Origin: Candidatus Eiseniibacteriota bacterium
GTDB lineage: Bacteria > Eisenbacteria > RBG-16-71-46
Length of the DNA: 64,000 bases
Direction of reading: 5' to 3'
Assembly: GCA_041483195.1 (NCBI GenBank)
Contig: JBGPFC010000001.1
Span: forward strand, 64,001 to 128,000
The notes under the pieces are model-generated. The model did not search any database and was not told the DNA's origin. It saw nothing but the letters and a program-made list of their open reading frames with translations. Shown here in pieces: positions 1-9,038 of this stretch. The position numbers and the translations under genes are program-made. The first letter of the stretch is position 1, and the number at the start of each line of letters is the position of its first letter.

Positions 1-536
1 TTCGGATCGGCGGTGTTGGTGAGCGACAGGGTGTAGCCGGAGCGCCCATGGAACGCGCCCCGGAAGTGCAGCACCTGTTGGCCCTTCTCCTCGCGATAGC
101 CCTTGCGGAAGTTCTGGCGCACCTTCCAGTCGAACGCCGCCTTGAGCGCGTTCTCCACCCCGAGCGTTCCGCCCGCGACGAAGAACGCGTGCGGCAGGTA
201 GTCGGGCATCGCGAGCCGGCCGAAGGTGGCGACGAACTCGCCCATCTCGACGGTGTAGATGTCGGAGTTGGTCGGGTTCGAGACCGCGGCGCGCGTGAGG
301 CGCGCGAGGAATGCCGGCTCCTTCATCATCGGGTGGTTCATCCCGACCGGCGCGGTCGCGAAGAACGAGAACATGTCGAGGTAGAAGCGCTCGCCGCGCG
401 CGTCGTAGAGCCGCCGCCCCTGCGACTTCTCGAGGTCGAGCACGATGTCGTAGCCGTCGGCCAGCATGTGGCGCGCGAGCGCGCCGTGCACCTCGGCGGG
501 CGCGAGCGCCTTCCCGGTCTGCGTGGTGGTCTTCAT
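1..536 (-). CDS. lat: L-lysine 6-transaminase (class III aminotransferase), runs off the window edge
   Basis: Not in the ORF track. Manual translation from ATG 536: MKTTTQTGKALAPAEVHGALARHMLADGYDIVLDLEKSQGRRLYDARGERFYLDMFSFFAT...GGTLGVENALKAAFDWK...AFHGRSGYTLSLTNTADP. ATGA overlap with the upstream Lrp gene. Confidence 0.9.
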   Translation of the reverse strand, partial: MKTTTQTGKALAPAEVHGALARHMLADGYDIVLDLEKSQGRRLYDARGERFYLDMFSFFATAPVGMNHPMMKEPAFLARLTRAAVSNPTNSDIYTVEMGEFVATFGRLAMPDYLPHAFFVAGGTLGVENALKAAFDWKVRQNFRKGYREEKGQQVLHFRGAFHGRSGYTLSLTNTADP

Positions 537-1030
537 GGGGTGTCCCCTTTCGCGTTCGCCGTGACGAAGCTCTCTTCCTTCACGGTCGAGAGCACGATCA
601 CGGTGCGGGTCTGGCGCACGCCCTCGTGGGCGTTGAGCTTGTGGATCAGCAGATTTTGCAGTGCTTCCATATCGGCCACGCGCACCTTCAGCATCAGCGA
701 GAATTCCCCGGTGATGTGATGGCACTCCTGCACCTCGTCCATCTTCAGCACCTTCTCGATGAACGCCGGCTCGCTGCGCGGGTGCTCGATGAACACTTCC
801 ACGAACGCCGCGATCGCCGCGCCCACCGCGCGCGGGTCCACGATCGCCGCGTAGTGACGGATCGCCCCCGAGGCCTCGAGCTTGCGTAGCCGCTCGTTGA
901 CCGCTGCGGCCGAGAGCCCGACCCGCTTCGCGACCTCGGCCTGCGGCAGCTTGGCGTCGCGCTGCACCAGCTCCAAGATGCGGCGGTCCTTCTCGTCGAG
1001 AGACTGGGATATGTTCAGCTTCTTGCGCAT
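533..1030 (-). CDS. Lrp/AsnC family transcriptional regulator
   Basis: LDEKDRRILELVQRDAKLPQAEVAKRVGLSAAAVNERLRKLEASGAI HTH plus RAM domain (ECHHITGEFSLMLKV). Confidence 0.95.
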   Translation of the reverse strand: MRKKLNISQSLDEKDRRILELVQRDAKLPQAEVAKRVGLSAAAVNERLRKLEASGAIRHYAAIVDPRAVGAAIAAFVEVFIEHPRSEPAFIEKVLKMDEVQECHHITGEFSLMLKVRVADMEALQNLLIHKLNAHEGVRQTRTVIVLSTVKEESFVTANAKGDTP

Positions 1031-1149
1031 GGGACGAGTATATATTCGGCAGGATCGACTTTCAATCGTAGATAATTCGGAAGTAGCCAGTTAGCGCACG
1101 AATCTCATTTGGCAGAGGCACAGACCATGCCCTTCATGGTGACGCTGAC

Positions 1150-1347
1150 CTAACCCTTGGGCCGCTTCGGCTTGCGGCGTTTCTTCGCGTACTTGCGCTT
1201 CGGACGATCCGGCCAGCCTCCGGCGGGTTTCTTCTTCGCCATGGCCTTCGCTGCAGCGGACTCCCAATCGCCTTCGACCTGAAGCGTCGAAGATTGTCTA
1301 GGCTCTTTTCGCGCGCTCAATCGGCCTCCGAATCGCTGCACATTCAC
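1150..1347 (-). CDS. small basic hypothetical protein (start uncertain)
   Basis: LQVEGDWESAAAKAMAKKKPAGGWP followed by a Lys/Arg-rich tail; lies in a lower-GC island. Confidence 0.4.
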   Translation of the reverse strand: MNVQRFGGRLSARKEPRQSSTLQVEGDWESAAAKAMAKKKPAGGWPDRPKRKYAKKRRKPKRPKG

Positions 1348-1472
1348 GAATGCCGCGTGAAAGGATGACCAAATGCCCCTTGACAGACGACAGGCCGTTG
1401 ACCTTCAACGCGATCCATTGACGGATGCAGGCCATCCGTGCGATAGTGCGCTCCGTCGGCGTCTAGCCCATC

Positions 1473-1901
1473 ATGGAGGGGGAAGTGAAACCCGATATCA
1501 AAGACTTTGACTCGCTGCGTCGGAAACTTCTCGTCGAACAGATCAACGCGTACAAGGGCCAGATCCAGAGGCTCCAGCGCCGCGTTGATGAACTTGAATC
1601 GTTCCGCGGCTGGCTCGACTCGACCGCGAAAGCGATCGCTGAAGGTGCTTCCACTCCGCCCTCCAAGAACGGCGGCAAGACGCTTGCGGGATACATCGCA
1701 CAGGTCCTCACGGCGGCGATCCCCAAGGCTCTTGCGGCGCCCGAAATCGGAAAGCGGGTCGAGAGTCTCGGCTACTCGACGAGCGCGAAGACCGCCCTTC
1801 CGCAGAAGATCCGCGCCGAGCTGCTGAGGCAGATCAAGAAGGGCGGGCTTGGAATCGTTCGGACCGGCCGCGGCAAGTACACGATCCGGGACAGGCACTG
1901 A
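1473..1901 (+). CDS. coiled-coil plus winged-helix (HARE-HTH-like) putative DNA-binding protein
   Basis: N-terminal heptads (INAYKGQIQRLQRRVDELES); C-terminal LAGYIAQVL...APEIGKRVESLGY...IVRTGRGKYTI wHTH pattern. Confidence 0.65.
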   Translation: MEGEVKPDIKDFDSLRRKLLVEQINAYKGQIQRLQRRVDELESFRGWLDSTAKAIAEGASTPPSKNGGKTLAGYIAQVLTAAIPKALAAPEIGKRVESLGYSTSAKTALPQKIRAELLRQIKKGGLGIVRTGRGKYTIRDRH

Positions 1902-2044
1902 CGGTGCCATGTCGCTGACAGGGAGGTGAGCATGCAAACGAGAGAGGCCGACTGGGCGGCCGAGTAAACGAGAAGGGGAGCGGCGGCTCTTGCTTGGTCG
2001 GCCGAGCGCCACTCCCCACCCAGGCAGTTCTTCTGGTCCGGATT

Positions 2045-2118
2045 CCCCGGCTAGCCCAACAGGAAGAGGCGCACGCTTTGGAAGCGTGGCAGTAGGGGTC
2101 CGAATCCCCTGCCGGGGA
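2045..2118 (+). tRNA. tRNA-like element or pseudo-tRNA, anticodon TGG (Pro) on a Leu-like D-arm
   Basis: Cloverleaf: acceptor CCCCGGC/GCCGGGG; T8A9; D-arm GCCC-AACAGGAAG-AGGC; anticodon stem CACGC/GCGTG with loop TTTGGAA; T-arm AGGGG-TCCGAAT-CCCCT (T55 replaced by C); discriminator A; no directly adjacent CCA. Confidence 0.7.
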
Positions 2119-2182
2119 TTTCCATGACGCTGACATGGAGCGGGGCTTGCTGTCAAGCCCCCCAATTTCGCAAGGAGTTACC

Positions 2183-2470
2183 ATGCCGTTTCCTGAGCAG
2201 AAAGCGAGGCCGTTCACGAAGGATGCGAGCTTCGCGCTCAACCCGAACCAGCTTGGATGCTACGGACTGTTTGTGGCTAACGGTCCGTGGGTCTATGTCG
2301 GCAAGGGCGACATTCGCCAGAGATTGCTCGATCACTTCAACGGCGACAACGGCTGCATCACCGGGCAGCACCCGACTCACTGGAAAGATGTCGTGACGGC
2401 TGATGCGGACGCCGTCGAGAAGCAACTGATCGTGGAACTCAAGCCGCATTGCAACCTCAGGGTGGGCTAG
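2183..2470 (+). CDS. minimal GIY-YIG nuclease-like protein
   Basis: RBS AAGGAG, ATG 2183; GCYGL...VYVGKG.IRQRL.DH...EKQLIVELKPHCN matches the GIY-YIG motifs. Confidence 0.75.
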   Translation: MPFPEQKARPFTKDASFALNPNQLGCYGLFVANGPWVYVGKGDIRQRLLDHFNGDNGCITGQHPTHWKDVVTADADAVEKQLIVELKPHCNLRVG

Positions 2471-2706
2471 GAACATCCTGAGCCGGTTCCATCGAACCGT
2501 CCAGATAAGCGGTGAAAGAAGAAGTCGCGCCCGTTCACGGTGACGATAGTGAACAATGCCGTGGACTTCACGCTGATCGAGTGCCCGGAAGTCTCGTCTT
2601 GGATCTCAACGTCCTTGATGAAGCCGGGCGCTCGCAGCTTGCGAAGCATGGTGCCCACGATCTGCGTGCCGCGGATCGTAATCCGGTCCCATGCGCTGCC
2701 GCTCAT
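2467..2706 (-). CDS. hypothetical protein (79 aa)
   Basis: Protein-like composition (TIVTVNGRDFFFHRLSGRFDGTG); fills the gap between the GIY-YIG gene and thrH. Confidence 0.55.
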   Translation of the reverse strand: MSGSAWDRITIRGTQIVGTMLRKLRAPGFIKDVEIQDETSGHSISVKSTALFTIVTVNGRDFFFHRLSGRFDGTGSGCS

Positions 2707-2725
2707 TTGCTAGACTCGGCGCTTC

Positions 2726-3346
2726 ATGATCTTCGCGATCGACCTCGAGGGCGTGCTCGCCCCGGAAATCTGGCCCATCCTCGGGGCCGAGTTCGAGTTG
2801 CCCGATCTGCAGCTCACGACCCGCGACATGGCGGACTTCTCGGAGCTGATGCACCGCCGGGTCGCGGCCACGCGCTCGCGCGGGCTCAAGCTCACCGACC
2901 TCCAGCGCGTGGCGCACGCGCTCGAGCCCTACCTCGGCGCTCGCGAGTTCCTCGCGCGGCTGCGCTCGCTCGGGCAGGTGATCGTGATCTCCGACACCTT
3001 CCACGAGTTCTCGGACCCGCTGGTGCAGAAGCTCGGCGGGCACAACCTGTTCGCGAACCGCTTCGTGCTCGACGCGGAGGGCATGCTGCAGGGCTTCGAG
3101 CTGCGGATCCGCGGGCAGAAGGAGCGCATCGTGTCGGGCTTCCACGCGGCGGGCTTTCGGGTCGCGGCGGTGGGCGACAGCCTGAACGACCTCTCGATCC
3201 TCAAGACCTGCGACTTCCCGGTGCTCTATCGTCCGGTCGATGCGCTGCGCCGCGAGTTCCCGAACGCCGCCACCGTGCAGAACCTCGACGACGCGCTGGC
3301 CGCGCTCGAGCGCGCGGCGCGCGAGCTGGAGAACGGCGGGGCGTAG
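2726..3346 (+). CDS. thrH: phosphoserine phosphatase / homoserine phosphotransferase (HAD family)
   Basis: DLEGVLAPEIW, LTTRD, ISDTFHEF, AVGDSLNDLSIL. Confidence 0.9.
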   Translation: MIFAIDLEGVLAPEIWPILGAEFELPDLQLTTRDMADFSELMHRRVAATRSRGLKLTDLQRVAHALEPYLGAREFLARLRSLGQVIVISDTFHEFSDPLVQKLGGHNLFANRFVLDAEGMLQGFELRIRGQKERIVSGFHAAGFRVAAVGDSLNDLSILKTCDFPVLYRPVDALRREFPNAATVQNLDDALAALERAARELENGGA

Positions 3347-3375
3347 CGGGCGTGCGGGCGGCGGCGGCGCGCGCT

Positions 3376-4089
3376 TCACTCCCCCGCCGAGATCCCCCTC
3401 GCCCACGCGACGATCGCCTCCGGATCGGTGAGATCGTCGAGCGCGAGGTCCGGCGCGTGCGCCGCGAGCGCATCGCGCGACTGCCCGCCGGTCGCGACCG
3501 CGATCACGCGCGCACCGGCGGCTCGCGCGCACGCCACGTCGTGCTCGGTGTCGCCCACCACCACGCAACGCGCGGGCGGGATGCCCCAGCGCCCGGCGAC
3601 GCGCGCCACCGCGACCCGCGCGAGCGCGTCGCGATCGGCGGCCTCCTCACCGAACGCTCCGAACGCGAAACGCGGCTGAAGGCCGAAGCGATCGAGCTTG
3701 ATGCGCGCCATCTCGGTCATGTTGCCGGTGAGCAGTCCCATCACCCAGCCGCGCTCGCGCTCGATCCGGTCGAGCAGCGCGGGCACGCCCGGCATCAGGC
3801 GGCCGCGCGGCGGAACCAGCGCGGCGCGCATCGCGTCGAACACCGCGTGCCAGAAGCGCGCCTCGTCGCCGTCTGTGAAGCGGCGGGCGTGCTTGGCGAG
3901 GATGTCGCGCAGGATCAGCGGTTCGGTCCGGCCGGCGAACGCGATGTCGGCGAGATCGTCGCTCACGCCCAGCCGCTCGCGCACCGCTTGCGCGAAGGCC
4001 TGCCGTGCGGCGCCCTCGGTGGTGAGCAGCGTGCCGTCGACGTCGAACAGCCAGGCGAGCGTGGGCGGAGGGTTCATGGGGACGGGCAT
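3376..4089 (-). CDS. HAD-family hydrolase (phosphoglycolate phosphatase-like)
   Basis: LFDVDGTLL, LLTGN, VVGDTEHDVACARAAG; start trimmed to ATG 4089 (alternative 4077). Confidence 0.9.
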   Translation of the reverse strand: MPVPMNPPPTLAWLFDVDGTLLTTEGAARQAFAQAVRERLGVSDDLADIAFAGRTEPLILRDILAKHARRFTDGDEARFWHAVFDAMRAALVPPRGRLMPGVPALLDRIERERGWVMGLLTGNMTEMARIKLDRFGLQPRFAFGAFGEEAADRDALARVAVARVAGRWGIPPARCVVVGDTEHDVACARAAGARVIAVATGGQSRDALAAHAPDLALDDLTDPEAIVAWARGISAGE

Positions 4090-4156
4090 TCGAAGCGCCC
4101 GGCATGCTAGCATAGTCACGCTCGAACGCCTTCCGCTCCCCGCTCCGGAGACCCCC

Positions 4157-5341
4157 GTGACCCGCCAATCGCTTCGCCGCAACGCGCGATCCGCCGCGGC
4201 GCTCGCTGTCATCTTCGCGTGCGCCACCGCGCCGATCGTGGCCGCCGCCGCCGACTCGCCCGCGCCACGACTCGTCGCCGCGCCGCAGGTCGACGCCTCC
4301 GTCGAGCTGACCTGGGACGTGGTGTTCACGATTTTCAATCCGCTCGGGGTGGGGATCTATCCCGATAGCCTGACTTTGGTAGTCGAGGACCTCGACCCGG
4401 GCGAGACCCGCGCGCCACGCACGTCCTCACTCGATCTCGCGCCGCTGCTCCGGGCGGTGGAATCGGTGGGCGCTGGCGACAGCGCCACGTTCCAATCCAG
4501 CGTGCCCGCGACCGCCGAGCACGCGCGGCTCACGTTCAAGCTCGGCGTCCGTCAGGGCGACCGCGTCACCTACGCCTCGACCGCCACGGTCGAGGCGATG
4601 CCCGGCCCCTTCTCGCTCGAACATCCGTCGCAGTTCCTGGAGGTCGGCGGCAAGAAGGTCGAGTACGTGCTGGTCCCCGCCGCGCGCGACAGCGGCCTCG
4701 CCCCCGGGCTGATGATGATTCACGGCCACGCCAATCACGCGCGCAAGATGCTGCGCTCGGCGCGCATGTACTCGGCGCGCGGCTACACCGTGTTGCTCGC
4801 GAGCATGCCGGGCTACGGACAGTCGGATGGCCCGCCCGATTTCATGGGGCCCGCCACGGTGAAGGCGATGGCTGCGGCGTTCGACCGTCTGAAGGCGGCG
4901 CCCGGAGTCGACCCGAAGCGGCTCGGGCTGTGGGGCGTCTCGCGCGGCGCCACGGTGGTGACGCTGCTCGCCCAGCAGCGCAACGACGTGGCGTGCGTGA
5001 TCTCCCAGTCCGGCATCTACGACATGTGGGCCGGGTATCGCGGCACCGGGATCCCTGGCATTCGCGAGAACATGGTGAACGAGATGGGACGCGACAGCAG
5101 CGCGTGGCGCGCGCGCTCCCCGGCGCTCGCCACCGGCAAGCCGGGCGCTGCGTTCCTGATCCTGCACGGCGAGAACGACGCGAACGTGCCGTTCGCGCAG
5201 GCGCGCGGCTTCGCGCAGGCGCTCGCGGCGCGCGGGGTGACGGTCGAGACCCGCTTCTTCCCAGACGCCGAGCACATGCTGCCGCGCGGCGAGGTACAGC
5301 GCACGGCGGTCGAATTCCTCAAGCGCCAGCTCGCCCCTTGA
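4157..5341 (+). CDS. secreted alpha/beta hydrolase (S9-like) with an N-terminal Ig-like domain
   Basis: Signal peptide; GVSRG nucleophile elbow, LHGENDANVP, AEH; GTG 4157 preceded by GGAG. Confidence 0.85.
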   Translation: MTRQSLRRNARSAAALAVIFACATAPIVAAAADSPAPRLVAAPQVDASVELTWDVVFTIFNPLGVGIYPDSLTLVVEDLDPGETRAPRTSSLDLAPLLRAVESVGAGDSATFQSSVPATAEHARLTFKLGVRQGDRVTYASTATVEAMPGPFSLEHPSQFLEVGGKKVEYVLVPAARDSGLAPGLMMIHGHANHARKMLRSARMYSARGYTVLLASMPGYGQSDGPPDFMGPATVKAMAAAFDRLKAAPGVDPKRLGLWGVSRGATVVTLLAQQRNDVACVISQSGIYDMWAGYRGTGIPGIRENMVNEMGRDSSAWRARSPALATGKPGAAFLILHGENDANVPFAQARGFAQALAARGVTVETRFFPDAEHMLPRGEVQRTAVEFLKRQLAP

Positions 5342-7866
5342 ACCGGCTCGCGCGCCTCGCACTGCTCACGCTGGTGCTCGCCGCGGCCGCGCCCGCGCAC
5401 GCCGCGCCCGCGGCGCCGAGCCCCACGCCGGAGCCGCGGCTGGTGCGCGTGGCGATCGGGCCATCGCTCCCGCTGAGCGCGCTGCTCGAGGCCGGGCTCG
5501 ACGTGATCGCGGCGCACGGCGAGCGCGACGCGATGGTGTTCGAATGGCCCGGCGACGAGCGCACGCTCGCCGCGCTGGGCGCCTCGCCCGAGCTGGTGGA
5601 CGCGACGCCCGGCCGCACCGCCGCGCGCCGCGCGCTCGAGGAGCTGGCCTCGCACGCCGCGCCCCCCGCGCGCCGCGTGCGCAGCGCGACCGGCCGCGAT
5701 GGCGTCTATCGCGCGCAATCGCTGCCCCCATTCGGCTCGGGAAGCATGGGCGGGTACTGGACGCTCGACGAGGTGAAGATGAAGCTCGACGACCTGGTCG
5801 CGAGCGACGCGGGGAGCCTGGTCGCCGACAAGATCGACACGCTCGGTTACTCGGTGCTGGGGCGCCCGATCTGGGGACTGCGCATCGCGCATGAGATCAG
5901 CGGTCCCGACGGGCGCCCGGTCACGTTCTACAACTCGCTCACCCACGCGCGCGAGCCGGGCGGCATGCAGTCGCTGTTCTACTTCGTGGACGACCTGCTG
6001 GCGGGCTACGGCGGCGATCCGTGGAAGACCTCGCTGCTCGATCACCGCGCGATCTACATCGTGCCGGTGGTGAACCCCGACGGCTACCAGATCAACGTGG
6101 ACGTCTGGAACGCGAGCGGGCATACCGGCTTCGGAAACTGGCGGAAGAACGCGCGCGACAACGACGGCAACGGCTCGCACAACACGGGAAACGACGGCGT
6201 CGATCTCAACCGCAACTTCGGCTACAAGTGGAACTTCAACAACGTGGGCTCGAACGGCGCGATCTCGGCGGAGACCTATCGCGGCCCCTCGGCGTTCTCC
6301 GAGGTCGAGACCCAGGCCCAGCGCGACCTGGTGATCGCGCTCCAGCCGAAGACCGCGCTCTCGTTCCACACCTACGGCGATTACTTCCTCCATCCCTGGG
6401 GCTGGACCACGACCGCGCCCGACGACTCGATGATGTTCTACGAGTGGAACGACGAGTGCACGATCGGCAACGGCTACCATTCCGGCGAGGCGCCTCGCGT
6501 GCTCTACGAGGTGAACGGGGAGTTCAACGACTGGTGCTACGGCGAGACCGTGCTCAAGCCCCGGCTCTACTCGTGGACGCCGGAGGCCGGCAACGACAAC
6601 GATGGTTTCTGGCCGCCGCAATCGCGGATCGTCGGGATCGCCGCCGAGAATCTCCGCAAGTGCTACACGGTGGCGGCGATCGCGGGGCCCTACGTGCGCC
6701 TCCAGAGCTCGAGCCTCTCCGAGGGCTATCTCGCGGCCGGCAACCTCGCCCACCTCGGGGTGCGCGCGCGCAACATCGGGCGCGACGCGACCGGGGCGGG
6801 GCTGGTCGCGCGCCTGGTCTCGCTCGATCCCGGCGCGGTGGTGCTGGCGCCCGGGCCGATCGCGTTCCCGCCACTCGGCCCGTTTCAGAGCGGCGACCCG
6901 GCCGGCGGCGCGAGCTTCATGGTCTTTGCGCGCGATTCGGTCACGCCCGGGCGCATCGTGCGCTTCCGCGTCGAGTTCACGACCGCCGCCGGCGAATACT
7001 CGCGCGACACGGTCGAGGTCGCGGTGGGCGTGCCCACGGTGCTCGCGAGCGAGGACGCCTCGGGCGGCGCCGGGGCCTGGTCGGTGGCCGGCAGCTGGGG
7101 GATCGTGATCGACGACCCGCGCCATCCGAGCCGCTACTTCGCCGACAGCCCGGGCGGACTCTACGCCGCGAACACGAACGCCGCGCTCACGCTGCGCTCG
7201 CGGCTCGATCTGTCTGGCGCGCTCCACGCCTACGCGATCTTCGACACGCGCTGGGACTTCGAGACCGACTACGACTGCGAGATGATCGAGGCCAGCCTCG
7301 ACAGCGTGCTGTGGAAGCAGCTCCCGGGGCGAGCGCCCGTGCCCGGCCTGTTCTCGCCCCAGCCCGCCGGCCAGCCGGTGTACGAGGGCGCGCGCTGGCT
7401 GTGGAAGGAGGAGCGCGTCGATCTCTCGGGCTTCGCCGGGCCCACCGCGAGCGCGGTGCGCTTCCGCTTCCGCTCGCGCGCCGATGGCCTCGCGCAATAC
7501 GACGGCTTCAACTTCGACTCGCTGCGCATCGTGCTCTACTCCACCACCTCGCAGCCCGCGCCGGTCGCGGTGGAGACGGCACCCGCCCCCGCGCTCGAGT
7601 TCGCGCCGCTCGCGCCCAATCCGGTGCGCGGCGAGGCGCGCTTCGCGTTCGCGCTCCCCGCGACCGGCCCGGTGCGCCTCGAGGTGTTCGATCTCGCCGG
7701 CCGCAGCGTGCGGGTGCTGCTCGATGGAACGATTCAGGCGCAGCGCTACCACTTCGGCTGGGACGTGCGCGATGGGAACGGGCGAGTGGTGCCGCCCGGG
7801 ATCTACCTCGCGCGCCTCGGCAGCGCGGCCGGCAGCATCACGCGCCGGTTCGCCGTCCTGCGGTGA
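5338..7866 (+). CDS. secreted M14 zinc carboxypeptidase (carboxypeptidase T-like) with FlgD/T9SS-like C-terminal domain
   Basis: HAREP, VVNPDGY, WRKN, GVDLNRN, YRGPSAFSEVE, SFHTYG; tail APNPVR...VFDLAGR...WDVRDGNG..VPPGIYLARL. Confidence 0.9.
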   Translation: MNRLARLALLTLVLAAAAPAHAAPAAPSPTPEPRLVRVAIGPSLPLSALLEAGLDVIAAHGERDAMVFEWPGDERTLAALGASPELVDATPGRTAARRALEELASHAAPPARRVRSATGRDGVYRAQSLPPFGSGSMGGYWTLDEVKMKLDDLVASDAGSLVADKIDTLGYSVLGRPIWGLRIAHEISGPDGRPVTFYNSLTHAREPGGMQSLFYFVDDLLAGYGGDPWKTSLLDHRAIYIVPVVNPDGYQINVDVWNASGHTGFGNWRKNARDNDGNGSHNTGNDGVDLNRNFGYKWNFNNVGSNGAISAETYRGPSAFSEVETQAQRDLVIALQPKTALSFHTYGDYFLHPWGWTTTAPDDSMMFYEWNDECTIGNGYHSGEAPRVLYEVNGEFNDWCYGETVLKPRLYSWTPEAGNDNDGFWPPQSRIVGIAAENLRKCYTVAAIAGPYVRLQSSSLSEGYLAAGNLAHLGVRARNIGRDATGAGLVARLVSLDPGAVVLAPGPIAFPPLGPFQSGDPAGGASFMVFARDSVTPGRIVRFRVEFTTAAGEYSRDTVEVAVGVPTVLASEDASGGAGAWSVAGSWGIVIDDPRHPSRYFADSPGGLYAANTNAALTLRSRLDLSGALHAYAIFDTRWDFETDYDCEMIEASLDSVLWKQLPGRAPVPGLFSPQPAGQPVYEGARWLWKEERVDLSGFAGPTASAVRFRFRSRADGLAQYDGFNFDSLRIVLYSTTSQPAPVAVETAPAPALEFAPLAPNPVRGEARFAFALPATGPVRLEVFDLAGRSVRVLLDGTIQAQRYHFGWDVRDGNGRVVPPGIYLARLGSAAGSITRRFAVLR

Positions 7867-9038
7867 GCCCCCCGCCCGACGGCCCGACCCCGCGCCCGAC
7901 CTCGTTGCCGCCTTCCGCCACACGCCGCCCGCGATTGCTGATGGTGGGCCCGCTGCCGCCGCCGATCGGCGGCGTCGAGACCTTCATGCAGGCGCTGCTC
8001 GAATCGTTCGCGTTCGATGGGTTCGAGGTCGAGCACTGCGACACCACCAAGGGCCGCCCCAAGGACACGCAGGGCAAGTTCGATCGCGGCAACTTCGTGT
8101 GGGCCGCCCGCCACCTCGCGCGCATGGCGCGCGCGGTGGCGAGCTTCAAGCCCGAGCTGATCTATCTGCCGGTGGCCGGCACCTGGTCGGGCTTCCTGCG
8201 CGACATGGCGCTCGCGTGGGTCGCGCGCCGCGGGCGCGCGCGGCTGGTCGGCCACGTGCACGGCAGCGATTTTCACTTCGTGCTCGATCGCGGCGGCCTC
8301 GATGCGCGCCTCACCCGCGCGGGCCTCGCGCAGTTCGACCGCATGCTGGTGCTGGGCGAGCGATCGAAGCAGCTGCTCGAGCGTTTCGGCATCGCCTGCC
8401 CGGTCGAGGTCGTGCCCTCCACGTTTCGCAGGGAGGTGTTCGAGCGCGGCAGCGGCGCGCGCCCCGCGCCCTCCGCCGACGGCGTGTGCCGCGGCCTGTT
8501 CGTCGGACAGGTCGGGCGGCGCAAGGGCGTCTTCGACCTGCTGCGCGCGGTCGCGCGCGTGCGCGCGGCGGGCGTCGCGTTTCACCTCACGCTGGTGGGG
8601 CCCGCCGAGCTCGAGGGCGAATGGGACGCGCTGCTCGCGCTGCGCAGCGAGCTGGGGCTCGAAGCCGCGACCGAGTTCACGGGCGCGCTCCAGGGCGAGG
8701 CGCTCTACGCGCGCTTCGCGGCCGCCGACTGCTTCGTGATGCCGAGCTACACCGAGGGCCTGCCGGTGGTGCTGTTCGAGTCCGGCGCGTTCGCGGTGCC
8801 GGTGATCACGACCCCGGTGGGCGCGATCCCCGAGCTGGTGCGCGACGGCGAGAACGGGTTGCTGGTCGAGCCCGGCGACGTGGAGGCGATCGCCGATGCG
8901 ATCGCGCGCATGGCGCGCGATGGCGCGGCGCGCGAGCGCATGGGCGCGAGGCTGCGCGAGGACATCCTGGAGTTCCACCCCGATCGTGTTTGCGAGCGCG
9001 TGGCGCGCGCCCTGCAGGCCACGCTGGAGGCGAGTTGA
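7863..9038 (+). CDS. glycosyltransferase family 4
   Basis: GPLPPPIGGV, RKGVFDLLRA, PSYTEGLPVVLFE, VGAIPELVRDGENG; GTG overlaps the upstream stop. Confidence 0.92.
   Translation: MSPPPDGPTPRPTSLPPSATRRPRLLMVGPLPPPIGGVETFMQALLESFAFDGFEVEHCDTTKGRPKDTQGKFDRGNFVWAARHLARMARAVASFKPELIYLPVAGTWSGFLRDMALAWVARRGRARLVGHVHGSDFHFVLDRGGLDARLTRAGLAQFDRMLVLGERSKQLLERFGIACPVEVVPSTFRREVFERGSGARPAPSADGVCRGLFVGQVGRRKGVFDLLRAVARVRAAGVAFHLTLVGPAELEGEWDALLALRSELGLEAATEFTGALQGEALYARFAAADCFVMPSYTEGLPVVLFESGAFAVPVITTPVGAIPELVRDGENGLLVEPGDVEAIADAIARMARDGAARERMGARLREDILEFHPDRVCERVARALQATLEAS

Noticed and set aside
1350..1470. Possible decayed IS1595-type transposase 3' end (DG/ERTIA...VEGQRP on the minus strand)
   Set aside because: Needs frameshifts and several substitutions, and no IRs were found; too weak without a tBLASTn search.
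5017..7923. Very long antisense or alternate-frame ORFs (also 6021..9038 5' part, 15526..17877, 44010..46358, 49280..52000)
   Set aside because: Arg/Ala/Pro-rich shadow frames of real genes, expected at this GC content.
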